Of a stretch of DNA of 64,000 nt, positions 38,970 through 48,736 are shown piece after piece. Each line of letters begins with the position of its first letter. Position 1 is the stretch's first letter. This DNA comes from Anaerolineales bacterium (GTDB lineage Bacteria; Chloroflexota; Anaerolineae; Anaerolineales; UBA4823). The translations under genes were made by a program, and so were the position numbers. The DNA lies in assembly GCA_035341015.1 (NCBI GenBank), contig DAOQUL010000002.1, forward strand, positions 43,360-107,359, given 5' to 3'. The notes beneath the pieces are model-generated. The model was not told the origin of the DNA, made no database searches, and saw only the letters and a list, made by a program, of their open reading frames with translations.

Positions 38970-41900
38970 ATGCGCCTGACCCAACCCCTGGCCCTCTTAC
39001 TACTGCTGCTGCTCCCAATTGCTGCCGCATTGGGGTGGCCAGAACGCGGCTACGGACGGCGGCGAGAGTTAACCTCGCTCATTGTGCGGCTGTTATTGAT
39101 GCTTTGCATCATCCTGGCGCTCTCAGGGCTCCAGATCCGACGGCAAGCCGATAACCTGGCGGTGGTATTCTTGCTAGACGTCTCAGACTCGATGCCAGAA
39201 ATCGCCCAGGCCGCGGCCCTGGATTATGTGCGCCAGGCACTGCCAGCCATGGGGCCTGATGACCAGGCTGCCATCATTGCTTTTGGCGGCGACGCCCTGG
39301 TCGAACGCAATATGTCGGGCTTGCGCGAGTTGGATGGGATACGCTCGATCCCCACGACCAACCAGACCGACCTGGCAGAGGCTATTCACCTGGCCCTGGC
39401 ACTGTATCCTCCTGATGCCGCCCGGCGCATGGTCATCCTTTCTGACGGTGCGCCTACCACAGGCGACAGCGCAGCAGCAGCAAGCCTGGCGGCTGCATCA
39501 GGGGTAGAGATTGTGGTGATGCCTTTTGTGGTCACGCCCGGGGCTGAGGTGCTGCTCAGCAGTGTAGAACTTCCTGATCACCTCACTGAGGGCGAACGCT
39601 TTGACCTTGACCTGACCCTGCAAACCACGCAGCCCAGCCAGGGTGGCATACGGGTGCTAAGCGGCGGGCAGGTGGTGTACGAAAGCCAATACCAGGTTGA
39701 GCGCGGTACCCAAACGCTCACCCTGCCACTGGTAGCTGGGTCGACTGGGTTTGCCTCTTACGAAGTACAGCTCATCCCCGCCACAGATACTTATTACCAA
39801 AACAATGAGCTGGCAGCCTTCACCCAGGTGAGCGGGCCGCCCAAGATCCTGTTGGTGGCACCGCCGGCAGGCGAATCGATGGGCAGTTCTGACGAAACTC
39901 GGCCTGAAGAAGCGGCGCAGCTCAAGCTGGCCTTAGAAGCCGCCGGATTTACCGTGGATGCAGTACACCCCAGCGGGCTGCCGTCTGAACTGGCCTTGTT
40001 GGCCGAATATGCCTCCCTGGTGCTGGTGGATGTGCCTGCCCGCCAGCTTTCTAACCGGCAGATGGAAACCGTCCAAACCTACGTCCGAGACCTGGGCGGC
40101 GGGCTGGTAAGCGTTGGCGGACCTACTTCATACGGCGTGGGGGGGTATTTTCGCACACCACTGGAAGAAACACTGCCCCTGGATATGCAGATCAAAGACC
40201 AACAGCGCCGTCCCTCGCTGGCGATCGTTTTCATCATTGACCACTCTGGCAGCATGTCTGAAACCAGCGGCGGCGCTACCAAGCTAGAATTGGCCAAAGA
40301 GGCCGCCATGCGCTCGGTAGAACTGCTCTCGCCGGTTGACCGCGTGGGCGTGATTGCATTTGACGACCTGGCAGCCTGGGTGGTGCCCATGACCAGCATG
40401 GAAGACCCCGGCGCGGTCATCAACGCCATCGGCACCATCCAACTGGGCGGCGGCACAGATATCCTGGCTGGCGTTCAAGCAATGTCTGGTGTTCTGCCCA
40501 ATGATCCTGCCCTGGTCAAGCACGTTATCTTGCTTACCGATGGCGGGGCCGATCCCACCGGCATCCCAGAGCTGGTTGCACACCTGTACAACGATTACGG
40601 CATCACCCTCACCACGGTGGGCGTTGGCCGAGATGCGGCACCCTTTTTGCCGCAGTTGGCCCAACTGGGCGGCGGGCGTTATCACTTCGCCGAGAACCCT
40701 GCCACCATCCCGTCCATCTTTACCGAAGAGACATCCCTGGCTACCCGCTCTTATATTGTTGAGGAAACCTTCTACCCCAGCCTGGCAAGCACTTCTCCCA
40801 TCCTGGCTGGCATTACCGAAGTGCCCCCGCTTTATGGCTACGTGGGCGCCAGCGCCAAAGACAGTGCTCAAACGATCCTGGTTTCGCACCTGGGCGACCC
40901 AATCCTGGCGGCCTGGCAATATGGATTGGGCCGTTCGGTGGCGTTCACATCGGATGCCAGCGGGCGTTGGGCACAAGAATGGGTTGGGTGGCAGGGGTTT
41001 GCAGCTTTTTGGGCCCAGGCGGTGCGCTATACGATCGTCGAGCGCGCCACATCGCCCCTGGAAGTGAGTATTGAGCCAGACGGAGAGCAGGCCCTGCTGA
41101 CCGTGGACGCACAGCAGTACGGCCTGACGGCCAGCGAGATCGCTTCTGGCCAATCGCCGTATCTCAACGGCTACAACATGCAGGCCAATGTCATCAGCCC
41201 CAGCGGGCAAACTACAGCCCTCACCCTGCAGCAAATTGCCCCAGGGCGCTACCAGGCTGCATTCACGCCCAAAGAACAAGGGGCCTACCTGATCCGGGTA
41301 GCAGGCGAGCCAGGTGCCACCGAGGGGAATGCAACTGGCACAGAACCGGTGGCCGAGACGAGCGGGTGGGTTCTTTCATATTCACCAGAGTACCGCCAGC
41401 TAGACTCTGACCCTGATGCCCTCTATAAACTGGCGATCAACAATGGAGGCCGCCTGGCCTCAGCCAATCCAGAAGAGGCTTTTTCTCACACCTTCGCCGC
41501 GGTGCAGTCTGCTCGCCCCGCCTGGGGTTGGCTGATCACCATGGCAGCCACCCTGCTGCCGCTCGATATTGCCGTCCGCCGACTGGTGCTGACCCAGAGC
41601 GACCTGCGGCGCGCATTCGAGAAACTGGCTGCAAGGGCTCGCTACTTATCGCCCCTATATTGGCTCAGAGATCGCCGCCAGGCCCGGGCTGCGGCTCACG
41701 CAGCCCCGCCCAGCGCTCAGGTTGGCTCATTGCTGCAAGCCAAAGAACGGGCTCGCAAATCGCTGGGCGAGGTAGATGCTGCCGGCGAGCCGAAACTTCC
41801 TCCCCCTCCCGCCTCATCCACCCAGGCGCCCACCCCACCTACCGTCATACTCCCCATCCCGCCACCTGCCACCAGGCAGCCCAGCCAGTCACCCCCTGCC

Positions 41901-42032
41901 TCCCAGCCATCGCCACCCACCCCGCCAGGCGGTTCTCCTCCGGGCACTGGAGAGTCATCTCCAGAACAAGCCTCAACCGCGGCCCGCCTATTAGCCCGTA
42001 AACGCGCACGCCAGGGACCAGACCGCCAATGA
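38970..42032 (+). CDS. large membrane protein: 2x VWA plus GATase1/ThuA-like domain, C-terminal TM and Pro-rich tail
   Basis: 1020 aa. N-terminal TM helices are followed by MIDAS 1 (LLDVSDSM). A flavodoxin-like block follows (KILLVAP...YASLVLVD...DLGGGLV), then MIDAS 2 (IIDHSGSM). A late TM helix and a PPPPASS...PPTPPGG tail complete the protein. Confidence 0.75.
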   Translation: MRLTQPLALLLLLLLPIAAALGWPERGYGRRRELTSLIVRLLLMLCIILALSGLQIRRQADNLAVVFLLDVSDSMPEIAQAAALDYVRQALPAMGPDDQAAIIAFGGDALVERNMSGLRELDGIRSIPTTNQTDLAEAIHLALALYPPDAARRMVILSDGAPTTGDSAAAASLAAASGVEIVVMPFVVTPGAEVLLSSVELPDHLTEGERFDLDLTLQTTQPSQGGIRVLSGGQVVYESQYQVERGTQTLTLPLVAGSTGFASYEVQLIPATDTYYQNNELAAFTQVSGPPKILLVAPPAGESMGSSDETRPEEAAQLKLALEAAGFTVDAVHPSGLPSELALLAEYASLVLVDVPARQLSNRQMETVQTYVRDLGGGLVSVGGPTSYGVGGYFRTPLEETLPLDMQIKDQQRRPSLAIVFIIDHSGSMSETSGGATKLELAKEAAMRSVELLSPVDRVGVIAFDDLAAWVVPMTSMEDPGAVINAIGTIQLGGGTDILAGVQAMSGVLPNDPALVKHVILLTDGGADPTGIPELVAHLYNDYGITLTTVGVGRDAAPFLPQLAQLGGGRYHFAENPATIPSIFTEETSLATRSYIVEETFYPSLASTSPILAGITEVPPLYGYVGASAKDSAQTILVSHLGDPILAAWQYGLGRSVAFTSDASGRWAQEWVGWQGFAAFWAQAVRYTIVERATSPLEVSIEPDGEQALLTVDAQQYGLTASEIASGQSPYLNGYNMQANVISPSGQTTALTLQQIAPGRYQAAFTPKEQGAYLIRVAGEPGATEGNATGTEPVAETSGWVLSYSPEYRQLDSDPDALYKLAINNGGRLASANPEEAFSHTFAAVQSARPAWGWLITMAATLLPLDIAVRRLVLTQSDLRRAFEKLAARARYLSPLYWLRDRRQARAAAHAAPPSAQVGSLLQAKERARKSLGEVDAAGEPKLPPPPASSTQAPTPPTVILPIPPPATRQPSQSPPASQPSPPTPPGGSPPGTGESSPEQASTAARLLARKRARQGPDRQ

Positions 42033-44896
42033 TCAAACGCCTGAGAGAATTCCTAAAAATTCCTCTTTTCGATCCAGAAGAGAAGATTCGCCTGGGCAAA
42101 CTGGTTTACACCATCCTCTGGTTTGCCATGATCGTGACGGCGGTAGCGGTTACCATCACCCTGATCACCTCTCCAAACAAGTCGCTGGCAGGGGTTGGGG
42201 TGAGCGTTGTAATTTTCCTCTTATATGTGGTATGCCTGATCCTGCTGCACCGAGGGTATACCTACTTGAGTGCCACGCTACTGGTTTTTATCTTGGGAGG
42301 CATTCTGACCGCTGCCAACCTGGTCTTTGGGGGCATCAATGAGATCGTTCTGAGCGGCTATATCATTGTCATTGTCACGGCGTCGATGCTCGTGAACTGG
42401 TTTGCTGGGATTGTGGTCTCTGTTCTAAGTATCCTCTCGTATGCAGCCTTCTTGTTCTTAAGAAACCAGGGGCTGCTACCCGAACCCCTCATCCAGGCCA
42501 GCCCGTTGACCGTCTTGATCGCAGGCACCGCGGTATACATGCTGGTCATTTTCCTGGTCTACATCAGCAACCGCAATTTGCGCGAAGCCCTGCAGCGGGC
42601 GCGGCGCAATGAAGAAGAACTGAAGGCCAGCCGCGCTGCACACGAGGCCTATACCACCGACCTGGAACGGCGCGTGGTACAGCTTCAGGTGGCATCCGAT
42701 GTTGCCCGCGATGCTGCCAGCCTGCAAGAAGTTGGCCCTCTCCTCGATCGGGCGGTAGACCTGGTGCGCGAGCGCTTTGGCTTTTACCATGCGGGCATTT
42801 TCATGGTTGATATACGGCACGAATATGCCGTGCTCAAATCAGCCACGGGCGAGGCCGGCAAACAAATGGTTGCCAACGGCCACAAGCTGAAGATCGGCGA
42901 GGTAGGCATTGTGGGCTATGTCACAAAGACCGGCCAACCGCGCATTGCCCTGGACGTAGGCAGCGACGCAGTGTATTTCAGAAATCCCCTGCTGCCCGAA
43001 ACGCGCTCTGAAATGGCCCTGCCCCTCAAGACCGGCGGCTTAGTGATTGGGGCATTGGATGTGCAAAGCAAACAGCCAGGCGCTTTTGACGAGGGCGACG
43101 TCAACATACTGCAAACCATGGCCGATCAGCTTGCAGTTGCCATTGCCAACGCCCGCCTCTTCGAGGCCACCCGCCGCCAATTGGAAGAAATGGCCGCCTT
43201 AAGGGCTGTTGCAGCCACCAGCTCTGAGGCTACCAGCGAAGATGAGTTGATCGAGCGCGCCACCCAACTGGTTGCCGAGGTCTTCTACCCTGATAATTTT
43301 GGCCTGGTCATGCTGGATGAAGGCCAACAAACGTTATACCCTCACCATTCTTACCGCATCAAGCAATCCTTAAAACCGGCCTCCTTCCCAGTTGGACAAG
43401 GCATTATTGGCCGGGTGGCATCAACAGGCAAGGCCTTGCGCCTGGAAGATGTGAGCCAAGAAAGTGGATACGTGCAGATTGATCCGCTGACGCGCTCAGA
43501 GTTGTGCGTACCGGTCAAGATCGGTGACCAGGTCATTGGGGTCATCAACGCCGAAAGCAGCCGGACCGGTGCATTCAGCGAAAATGACGAGCGCTTGCTG
43601 GTCACCTTCGCAGGTCAATTGGCAATTGCCTTCCAAAAAGTACGTCTCTTCGATGCCGAGCGCCGCAGAGTGGCCGAATTAGAAGCGCTGCGCCAGGCCA
43701 GCTTGCGCCTTAGCTCTAACCTGGATCTACAAACCTTATTAGAGATCATCCTGGATCGTGCCATCCAGCTTGTAACGGCTGACACGGCCCATCTTTTCTT
43801 ATACGAGGAACAAGAACTGATCTTTGGTGCTGCATTCTGGGCCCCCGGGCACACGAATGAGATGCACCAAACTCCACGCCCACACGGCCTGACGAACAGT
43901 GTTGCCCGCAGCGGGCAGCGCATGGTGATCAACGATGTGCGCAACCATCCCATCTTTGCAGATTCGCCCTGGGATGGGGCCGTCTGCAGCCTGCCCCTGC
44001 GACGCGGCGATCAAGTGCTGGGCGTGATGAACCTGGCCTACCACGGAGGCCCGCACAATTACGACGAAAACGAGCTGCGCGTGCTCGACTTGCTGGCCGA
44101 CCAGGCCGCCATCGCCCTGCACAACGCCAATCTTTACAACCAGGCCCGCGAACGGGCCATTGAACTGGCGGCAGCCCTGGCCCAGCGTGAAGAGTTGGAC
44201 CGCATGAAGGATGAATTCATCCAAAACGTCTCACACGAGCTGCGCACCCCGCTGGCAATCACGCGAGGTTACGTTGAGCTGTTAGATTCAGGCGAGTTGG
44301 GTGAACTGAGCAAAACCCAGGTCGAAGCTGTCAACATCTGCAAGCGGCGGGTAAACATGCTGATCAAATTGGTGGATGATTTGGTGGTCATCCTCGAGGC
44401 AGAGGCGCGCGAGGCGGTACGCGAGGCGATCAACCTGAAAGAATTGGTCCTGGGCGCCAGCGCAGACTTTCAAGATGCCGCCGACCGGGCTAACCTGACC
44501 CTCGATGCCAATATTCCTCAAGAATCGATCTACGTGCTGGGCAATTACTCCCACCTCAACCGCTTGCTGGACAACCTGGTAGGCAATGCAATCAAGTTCA
44601 CCCCACCCGATGGAAACGTGACCATCAACCTGCGGGCAGAGCAAGACGAAGCCAGGATCGAGGTGATTGACACCGGCATAGGCATCTCGCCCGATAAGAT
44701 TGAACACCTATTTGAGCGTTTCTACCAGATCGATGGCAGCACCAAACGCCGCTACGGCGGCATGGGGCTTGGCTTATCCCTGGTCAAAGAGATTGCCGAG
44801 GCGCATGGCGGGAAGGTCAGCGTTCAAAGCGAGGTGGGACGCGGCAGCAGCTTCACAGTGATTCTGCCAATCCAAAAATCATCTGAGCTTGAATAA
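42029..44896 (+). CDS. sensor histidine kinase: multi-TM, 3x GAF, HisKA, HATPase
   Basis: 955 aa. Its ATG overlaps the upstream stop (ATGA). About 6 TM helices are followed by three GAF-like blocks, the H-box SHELRTPLA and an ATPase domain. Confidence 0.85.
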   Translation: MIKRLREFLKIPLFDPEEKIRLGKLVYTILWFAMIVTAVAVTITLITSPNKSLAGVGVSVVIFLLYVVCLILLHRGYTYLSATLLVFILGGILTAANLVFGGINEIVLSGYIIVIVTASMLVNWFAGIVVSVLSILSYAAFLFLRNQGLLPEPLIQASPLTVLIAGTAVYMLVIFLVYISNRNLREALQRARRNEEELKASRAAHEAYTTDLERRVVQLQVASDVARDAASLQEVGPLLDRAVDLVRERFGFYHAGIFMVDIRHEYAVLKSATGEAGKQMVANGHKLKIGEVGIVGYVTKTGQPRIALDVGSDAVYFRNPLLPETRSEMALPLKTGGLVIGALDVQSKQPGAFDEGDVNILQTMADQLAVAIANARLFEATRRQLEEMAALRAVAATSSEATSEDELIERATQLVAEVFYPDNFGLVMLDEGQQTLYPHHSYRIKQSLKPASFPVGQGIIGRVASTGKALRLEDVSQESGYVQIDPLTRSELCVPVKIGDQVIGVINAESSRTGAFSENDERLLVTFAGQLAIAFQKVRLFDAERRRVAELEALRQASLRLSSNLDLQTLLEIILDRAIQLVTADTAHLFLYEEQELIFGAAFWAPGHTNEMHQTPRPHGLTNSVARSGQRMVINDVRNHPIFADSPWDGAVCSLPLRRGDQVLGVMNLAYHGGPHNYDENELRVLDLLADQAAIALHNANLYNQARERAIELAAALAQREELDRMKDEFIQNVSHELRTPLAITRGYVELLDSGELGELSKTQVEAVNICKRRVNMLIKLVDDLVVILEAEAREAVREAINLKELVLGASADFQDAADRANLTLDANIPQESIYVLGNYSHLNRLLDNLVGNAIKFTPPDGNVTINLRAEQDEARIEVIDTGIGISPDKIEHLFERFYQIDGSTKRRYGGMGLGLSLVKEIAEAHGGKVSVQSEVGRGSSFTVILPIQKSSELE

Positions 44897-45893
44897 GCAA
44901 GCTTTGCCAGGCTTGTGTTTCGGTATCTGGGCTGGGGCCAAGGGGATCCTGCCAGGCGCGCCCCAAGAGCGCTGCCACCACCGCACGACTACACGCAGAA
45001 GCCGCTTTTAGGTTATATCCCCCCTCCAAGAACAGCGCAATCTTGCCCTGGCAGTGAGCGTCTGCCCAATCTGCCAGGCTGGCAATCAAGTGACCATACC
45101 CATCTGCTGAAAGCTGTAAGCTGCCCAATGGGTCGCCCCAATGTGCATCAAAGCCATAACTCACCAGCAGGATTTCAGGTTGATAACGATCCAACAGCGG
45201 GACAATCACGGTTTTCATCGTCGCCCTGAAAGCCGCATCTCCCGAGCCAGCGGGCAGGGGCAAATTAACCGTGTACCCGGCGCCATCACCCTCGCCGCGT
45301 TCATCCAGGCTGCCGCTGCCCGGATAGAGCGGCGATTGGTGAGTGGAGATAAACAGAACATCTTTGCGCCGCCAGAAAATGTCTTGAGTGCCATTGCCAT
45401 GATGCAAGTCCAGGTCAATGATTGCCAGGCAGGCCGGCCCGGCGCTTTGTTGAAACAAGCTTTCGGCTGCAATAGCCACATTGTTCAGCAGGCAAAAACC
45501 CATCCCCCGGTTGCGCGTGGCATGATGCCCTGGCGGGCGGGTCAAAGCAAAACCACGCCACGCCTCTCCGCTCCACACTGCCTGCGCCACCGCGGCAGCA
45601 CCGCCAGCCGCGCGCTGTGCCAGGCCCCACGAAGCCGGCGTCACATAGGTGTCGCCATCCAGTCGCTCACCAACCCGGCAAGCATCTTCCAAATATTTCA
45701 GGTAGTCCACGGAATGCACCGCTTGCAGTACCTCATCAGGCACCACCAGGGGATCCAGCAAGGCAGATGCTCGCCACCAGCCCGCCGCATCCAAGGCCTG
45801 CCGCACTGCTTCCACCCGGTGTGGGCTCTCCGAATGGCCCTCTTCGGCGTGGGCGGCATGGCCTTCAGGGTAAAACAAGGCTAGGTCGCGCAC
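44853..45893 (-). CDS. histone deacetylase-family (AcuC / acetylpolyamine amidohydrolase-like) enzyme
   Basis: 346 aa. Motifs RPPGHHA, DLDLHHGNGTQ and YPGSG are present. Confidence 0.85.
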   Translation of the reverse strand: MRDLALFYPEGHAAHAEEGHSESPHRVEAVRQALDAAGWWRASALLDPLVVPDEVLQAVHSVDYLKYLEDACRVGERLDGDTYVTPASWGLAQRAAGGAAAVAQAVWSGEAWRGFALTRPPGHHATRNRGMGFCLLNNVAIAAESLFQQSAGPACLAIIDLDLHHGNGTQDIFWRRKDVLFISTHQSPLYPGSGSLDERGEGDGAGYTVNLPLPAGSGDAAFRATMKTVIVPLLDRYQPEILLVSYGFDAHWGDPLGSLQLSADGYGHLIASLADWADAHCQGKIALFLEGGYNLKAASACSRAVVAALLGRAWQDPLGPSPDTETQAWQSLLIQAQMIFGLAESL

Positions 45894-45900
45894 AATCGCA

Positions 45901-47508
45901 TCAGCCCTTCACTGTGCGCAGCGCGGCACGGATCTTTTCCCAGTAGCGCTGTACCGCGCTGGCCCGCACGGCTTCTACAGGATGCTGGCTGTAACGCGCA
46001 TCCACGAAGGCCTCGGTCATCGCCCTGAGCGCTTCGTCCACATCTCCAGCCGAGTCTTCATCCGCCAACTGGGCTTCGATCTGCCGGGTGTATTCATAGG
46101 GCGTTTGCCAGGGTTGGCGCGGCAGGCCGCGCTCACCACCGCGCCGCACCAAGGCCAGGTAATAAAACAGCACGCGCTGGCGCGGGTTAAGGTGGCGCAG
46201 GCTTAAGAACTGGTGACCTTCTGCCAGTGGACGCTTGCGCCGCAACCCATCCAGGCGGCGCAAACCAGCCTGAACCGCCTGGGGCACCAACCCCGCCCCT
46301 GCCCGCACCCGCTCTGTCAGCCAACGCCAGGCCTTAACCAACCAGGCCATTCCTGGCAGGCGGCGCAGCCTTTGGGTCAGATCTCGATTCTGGCGATAAT
46401 AGGTAAAAAAAGCATATCCCACTGCACCAATCACCAGGGCCCAAAACACGATCGACCGCAAGACCTCTACCCAGGGGGCGGGGCTGGCTGTAGTGGGCAC
46501 CGTGGGCGGCATGAACTGCTGCACAGCAGTGATGTCAGGCGTTGTGACGGCTGATCCTCCTAACAGGCTCATGATCCACGAAAATAGATAGAACACCGGC
46601 AGCAAGATCAACATGATCACTGTGTAGACGGCCAAAAAAACTACGCTGAAAACGTAACTTAATATAGGCAGCAGGCCAATGGTATAGTGAGTGGGCAAGA
46701 TGAAAGCCAGGAATAGAATGATGCCCAAGAACAGCAAGCTGTACAGCACCCAGCGCCGGGCCATCCCCTCGCTGACGGGTAGATGCTGCCAGGCCCAGGC
46801 AGCGCGCCGCACCGATAACTGAGCCAAGCTGAGCAGTGCCAAACCCAATAAGAAATACACCAGCACGTGCAGCATACTACCCTTGACCGGCGGCGCGCCC
46901 TCGTGCAAGGCGATGAAATCCATGCGCACCAATGCCATGAAAAAGACCATGCCCACACCCACCCCAAAAACCCGGTTGGCGAGGCGCTGTTGGGTAGAGC
47001 CACGGTTGCTTGAGGCTTGATCCAGGCTTTCGGCCTGCAGGATCAATTCATCCCCCTCCAGGTTAGCCAGGTCATCGGCATAATTGGTGCTGATCATCCA
47101 CACCAGCAGCACCACCAGCAGGCTGAGCAAGTATTGAGAATCCAGGAAGGTACCGAAAAAGTCCTCCCACCACAACGGCAGGTCGGCTTTGAGATGCGCA
47201 AAGCCTTGCCAGGCGTAAATGGCGACCTTCAGGCCCACCATCACCACCACCAGCTCTACCAAGCGGTACACAATCACCGGCGTATCCAGCTCGGCGGTGC
47301 GGCGCAGGCGGCGCTGGCTGAAGACAGCCTCCAGCGCAACCAAGAAACAGACCCAGGGCAAAAATCCCCCTTGCCACCCGGGTTGCAAACGTTGGCCTAG
47401 CGCCAGGGCGGTCATCCCCAGGCAGGCCATCATGGCAGCCACGAAAAAGACGCCGATGGCGCTTGCCAGGCGCTCGTTGCTGCGAAAGGATTCGATCAGG
47501 TTGCTCAT
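45901..47508 (-). CDS. polytopic membrane protein with C-terminal DUF4129-like domain
   Basis: 535 aa with many TM helices. The C-terminal cytoplasmic segment carries WQTPYEYTRQI, which is typical of DUF4129. It starts immediately after the DUF58 stop. Confidence 0.65.
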   Translation of the reverse strand: MSNLIESFRSNERLASAIGVFFVAAMMACLGMTALALGQRLQPGWQGGFLPWVCFLVALEAVFSQRRLRRTAELDTPVIVYRLVELVVVMVGLKVAIYAWQGFAHLKADLPLWWEDFFGTFLDSQYLLSLLVVLLVWMISTNYADDLANLEGDELILQAESLDQASSNRGSTQQRLANRVFGVGVGMVFFMALVRMDFIALHEGAPPVKGSMLHVLVYFLLGLALLSLAQLSVRRAAWAWQHLPVSEGMARRWVLYSLLFLGIILFLAFILPTHYTIGLLPILSYVFSVVFLAVYTVIMLILLPVFYLFSWIMSLLGGSAVTTPDITAVQQFMPPTVPTTASPAPWVEVLRSIVFWALVIGAVGYAFFTYYRQNRDLTQRLRRLPGMAWLVKAWRWLTERVRAGAGLVPQAVQAGLRRLDGLRRKRPLAEGHQFLSLRHLNPRQRVLFYYLALVRRGGERGLPRQPWQTPYEYTRQIEAQLADEDSAGDVDEALRAMTEAFVDARYSQHPVEAVRASAVQRYWEKIRAALRTVKG

Positions 47509-48696
47509 CTACTGCCTCCAGGCATCCAATTCCAACTCATTGCGGAAGTGGTAAACCGGGAAACCGAATTGTTCGCCCAGGGCCTTGATCTCGCGCAGGC
47601 TGTGGGCAGGCGTTTTGCTCGTACCCACCAAAGATTGCCCCGTCAGGATCAGCACCAGGTTCAGACCAGCCCTGCGCAAACGGAAAAGCTCATCAAACAG
47701 GCGGTCGTCGGCGCGGCCAGTGATCAGAACCAGGGTCGTACCCCAAGGTAGCAAGGCACTCTCTCGATTGAGCAGATCTGCCAGTGGTTCTGTTTCGATC
47801 GTTTCAACGCGTGCCAGCACATCCAGCAGGCGCATCAGGTGCGCCCGGCCTTTGCGCGCCGGTACGGGCCGGAAGGAACAGCCTTGGCCCGCGACATCCA
47901 CCGACAAAGGATCCATCCCATTGGTCAGCAAGCCCACCATTTGCCTCTGCCCAATCACCCAATTAGCCAGGGATGCGGCGATGATCACAGCCAGCTCAGT
48001 GGCATCACGCCAGGCATGCGGGTCATATTCGGCGGTATTCATGTTCAGGGCCAGCACCGTAGACAGTGAAATGGAGGGCTCATACTGCTTGACCTGCAAG
48101 CGCCCAACGGCGGCGCTCGCCTTCCAATCCACGCGCCGCAGCGAATCGCCAGCCGTGTAATCTCGCTTGCCAAAAACGCGGGTGGGGTCTTCATAGATCG
48201 GTTGGGTATGCCGCAGTGTGCCCATCGGCGAATGAGATGGCAGTTTAAGGTTGCTGAACTGGATAATGCGCGGGTAAACAACCATGTTTTCCGCCGCACT
48301 TTGCCAGCGTTGTTCACCCCCCAGGCCCAACAGGTCGCCGGTGGCGGCGAACAATGGCCCCACGGTGTAATAACCGCGCTTGCGGGCCTTCATGGTGTAA
48401 TCGAAATGGGCCTGGCCGCGCGGCCCCATGCTGATGACCTGCTGCATGGGGTTGGGCGGGGCCAATTCCACCGGCACGCTTTCTTGCAGCCGCAGCCAGA
48501 TAACGGGCAGCCAGCTCGTATTGCGCAGGTGCAGCCGCACGGGCACCTCTTCACCCGAAAAGGCACGCGGCACGAACTCGCGCTGCGCCGCCAGGTGCCT
48601 GACGGCCTGCCCGCTCCACAGGCGGCCGATCAGGTACGCTCCGGCTAAGAGATACACGACGGTGAAGACAACATCGTCGCGCGCCAGGATCGCCAC
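47509..48696 (-). CDS. DUF58 family protein
   Basis: 395 aa. N-terminal TM helices and the hallmark RDYTAGDSLRRVDWKASA are present. It lies downstream of MoxR. Confidence 0.8.
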   Translation of the reverse strand: MAILARDDVVFTVVYLLAGAYLIGRLWSGQAVRHLAAQREFVPRAFSGEEVPVRLHLRNTSWLPVIWLRLQESVPVELAPPNPMQQVISMGPRGQAHFDYTMKARKRGYYTVGPLFAATGDLLGLGGEQRWQSAAENMVVYPRIIQFSNLKLPSHSPMGTLRHTQPIYEDPTRVFGKRDYTAGDSLRRVDWKASAAVGRLQVKQYEPSISLSTVLALNMNTAEYDPHAWRDATELAVIIAASLANWVIGQRQMVGLLTNGMDPLSVDVAGQGCSFRPVPARKGRAHLMRLLDVLARVETIETEPLADLLNRESALLPWGTTLVLITGRADDRLFDELFRLRRAGLNLVLILTGQSLVGTSKTPAHSLREIKALGEQFGFPVYHFRNELELDAWRQ

Positions 48697-48736
48697 AATT
48701 AAGAGCAGCGCCAGGACGATCAGATGCGTTTCGATA

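Noticed and set aside
41790-41960. A C/CA-rich low-complexity DNA stretch that looks like a microsatellite or repeat. Similar stretches occur at 5860-5940 and 53790-53900.
   Set aside because: All of these are in frame and encode Pro/Thr/Ser-rich linkers or tails of membrane-anchored proteins. They are not independent repeat elements.
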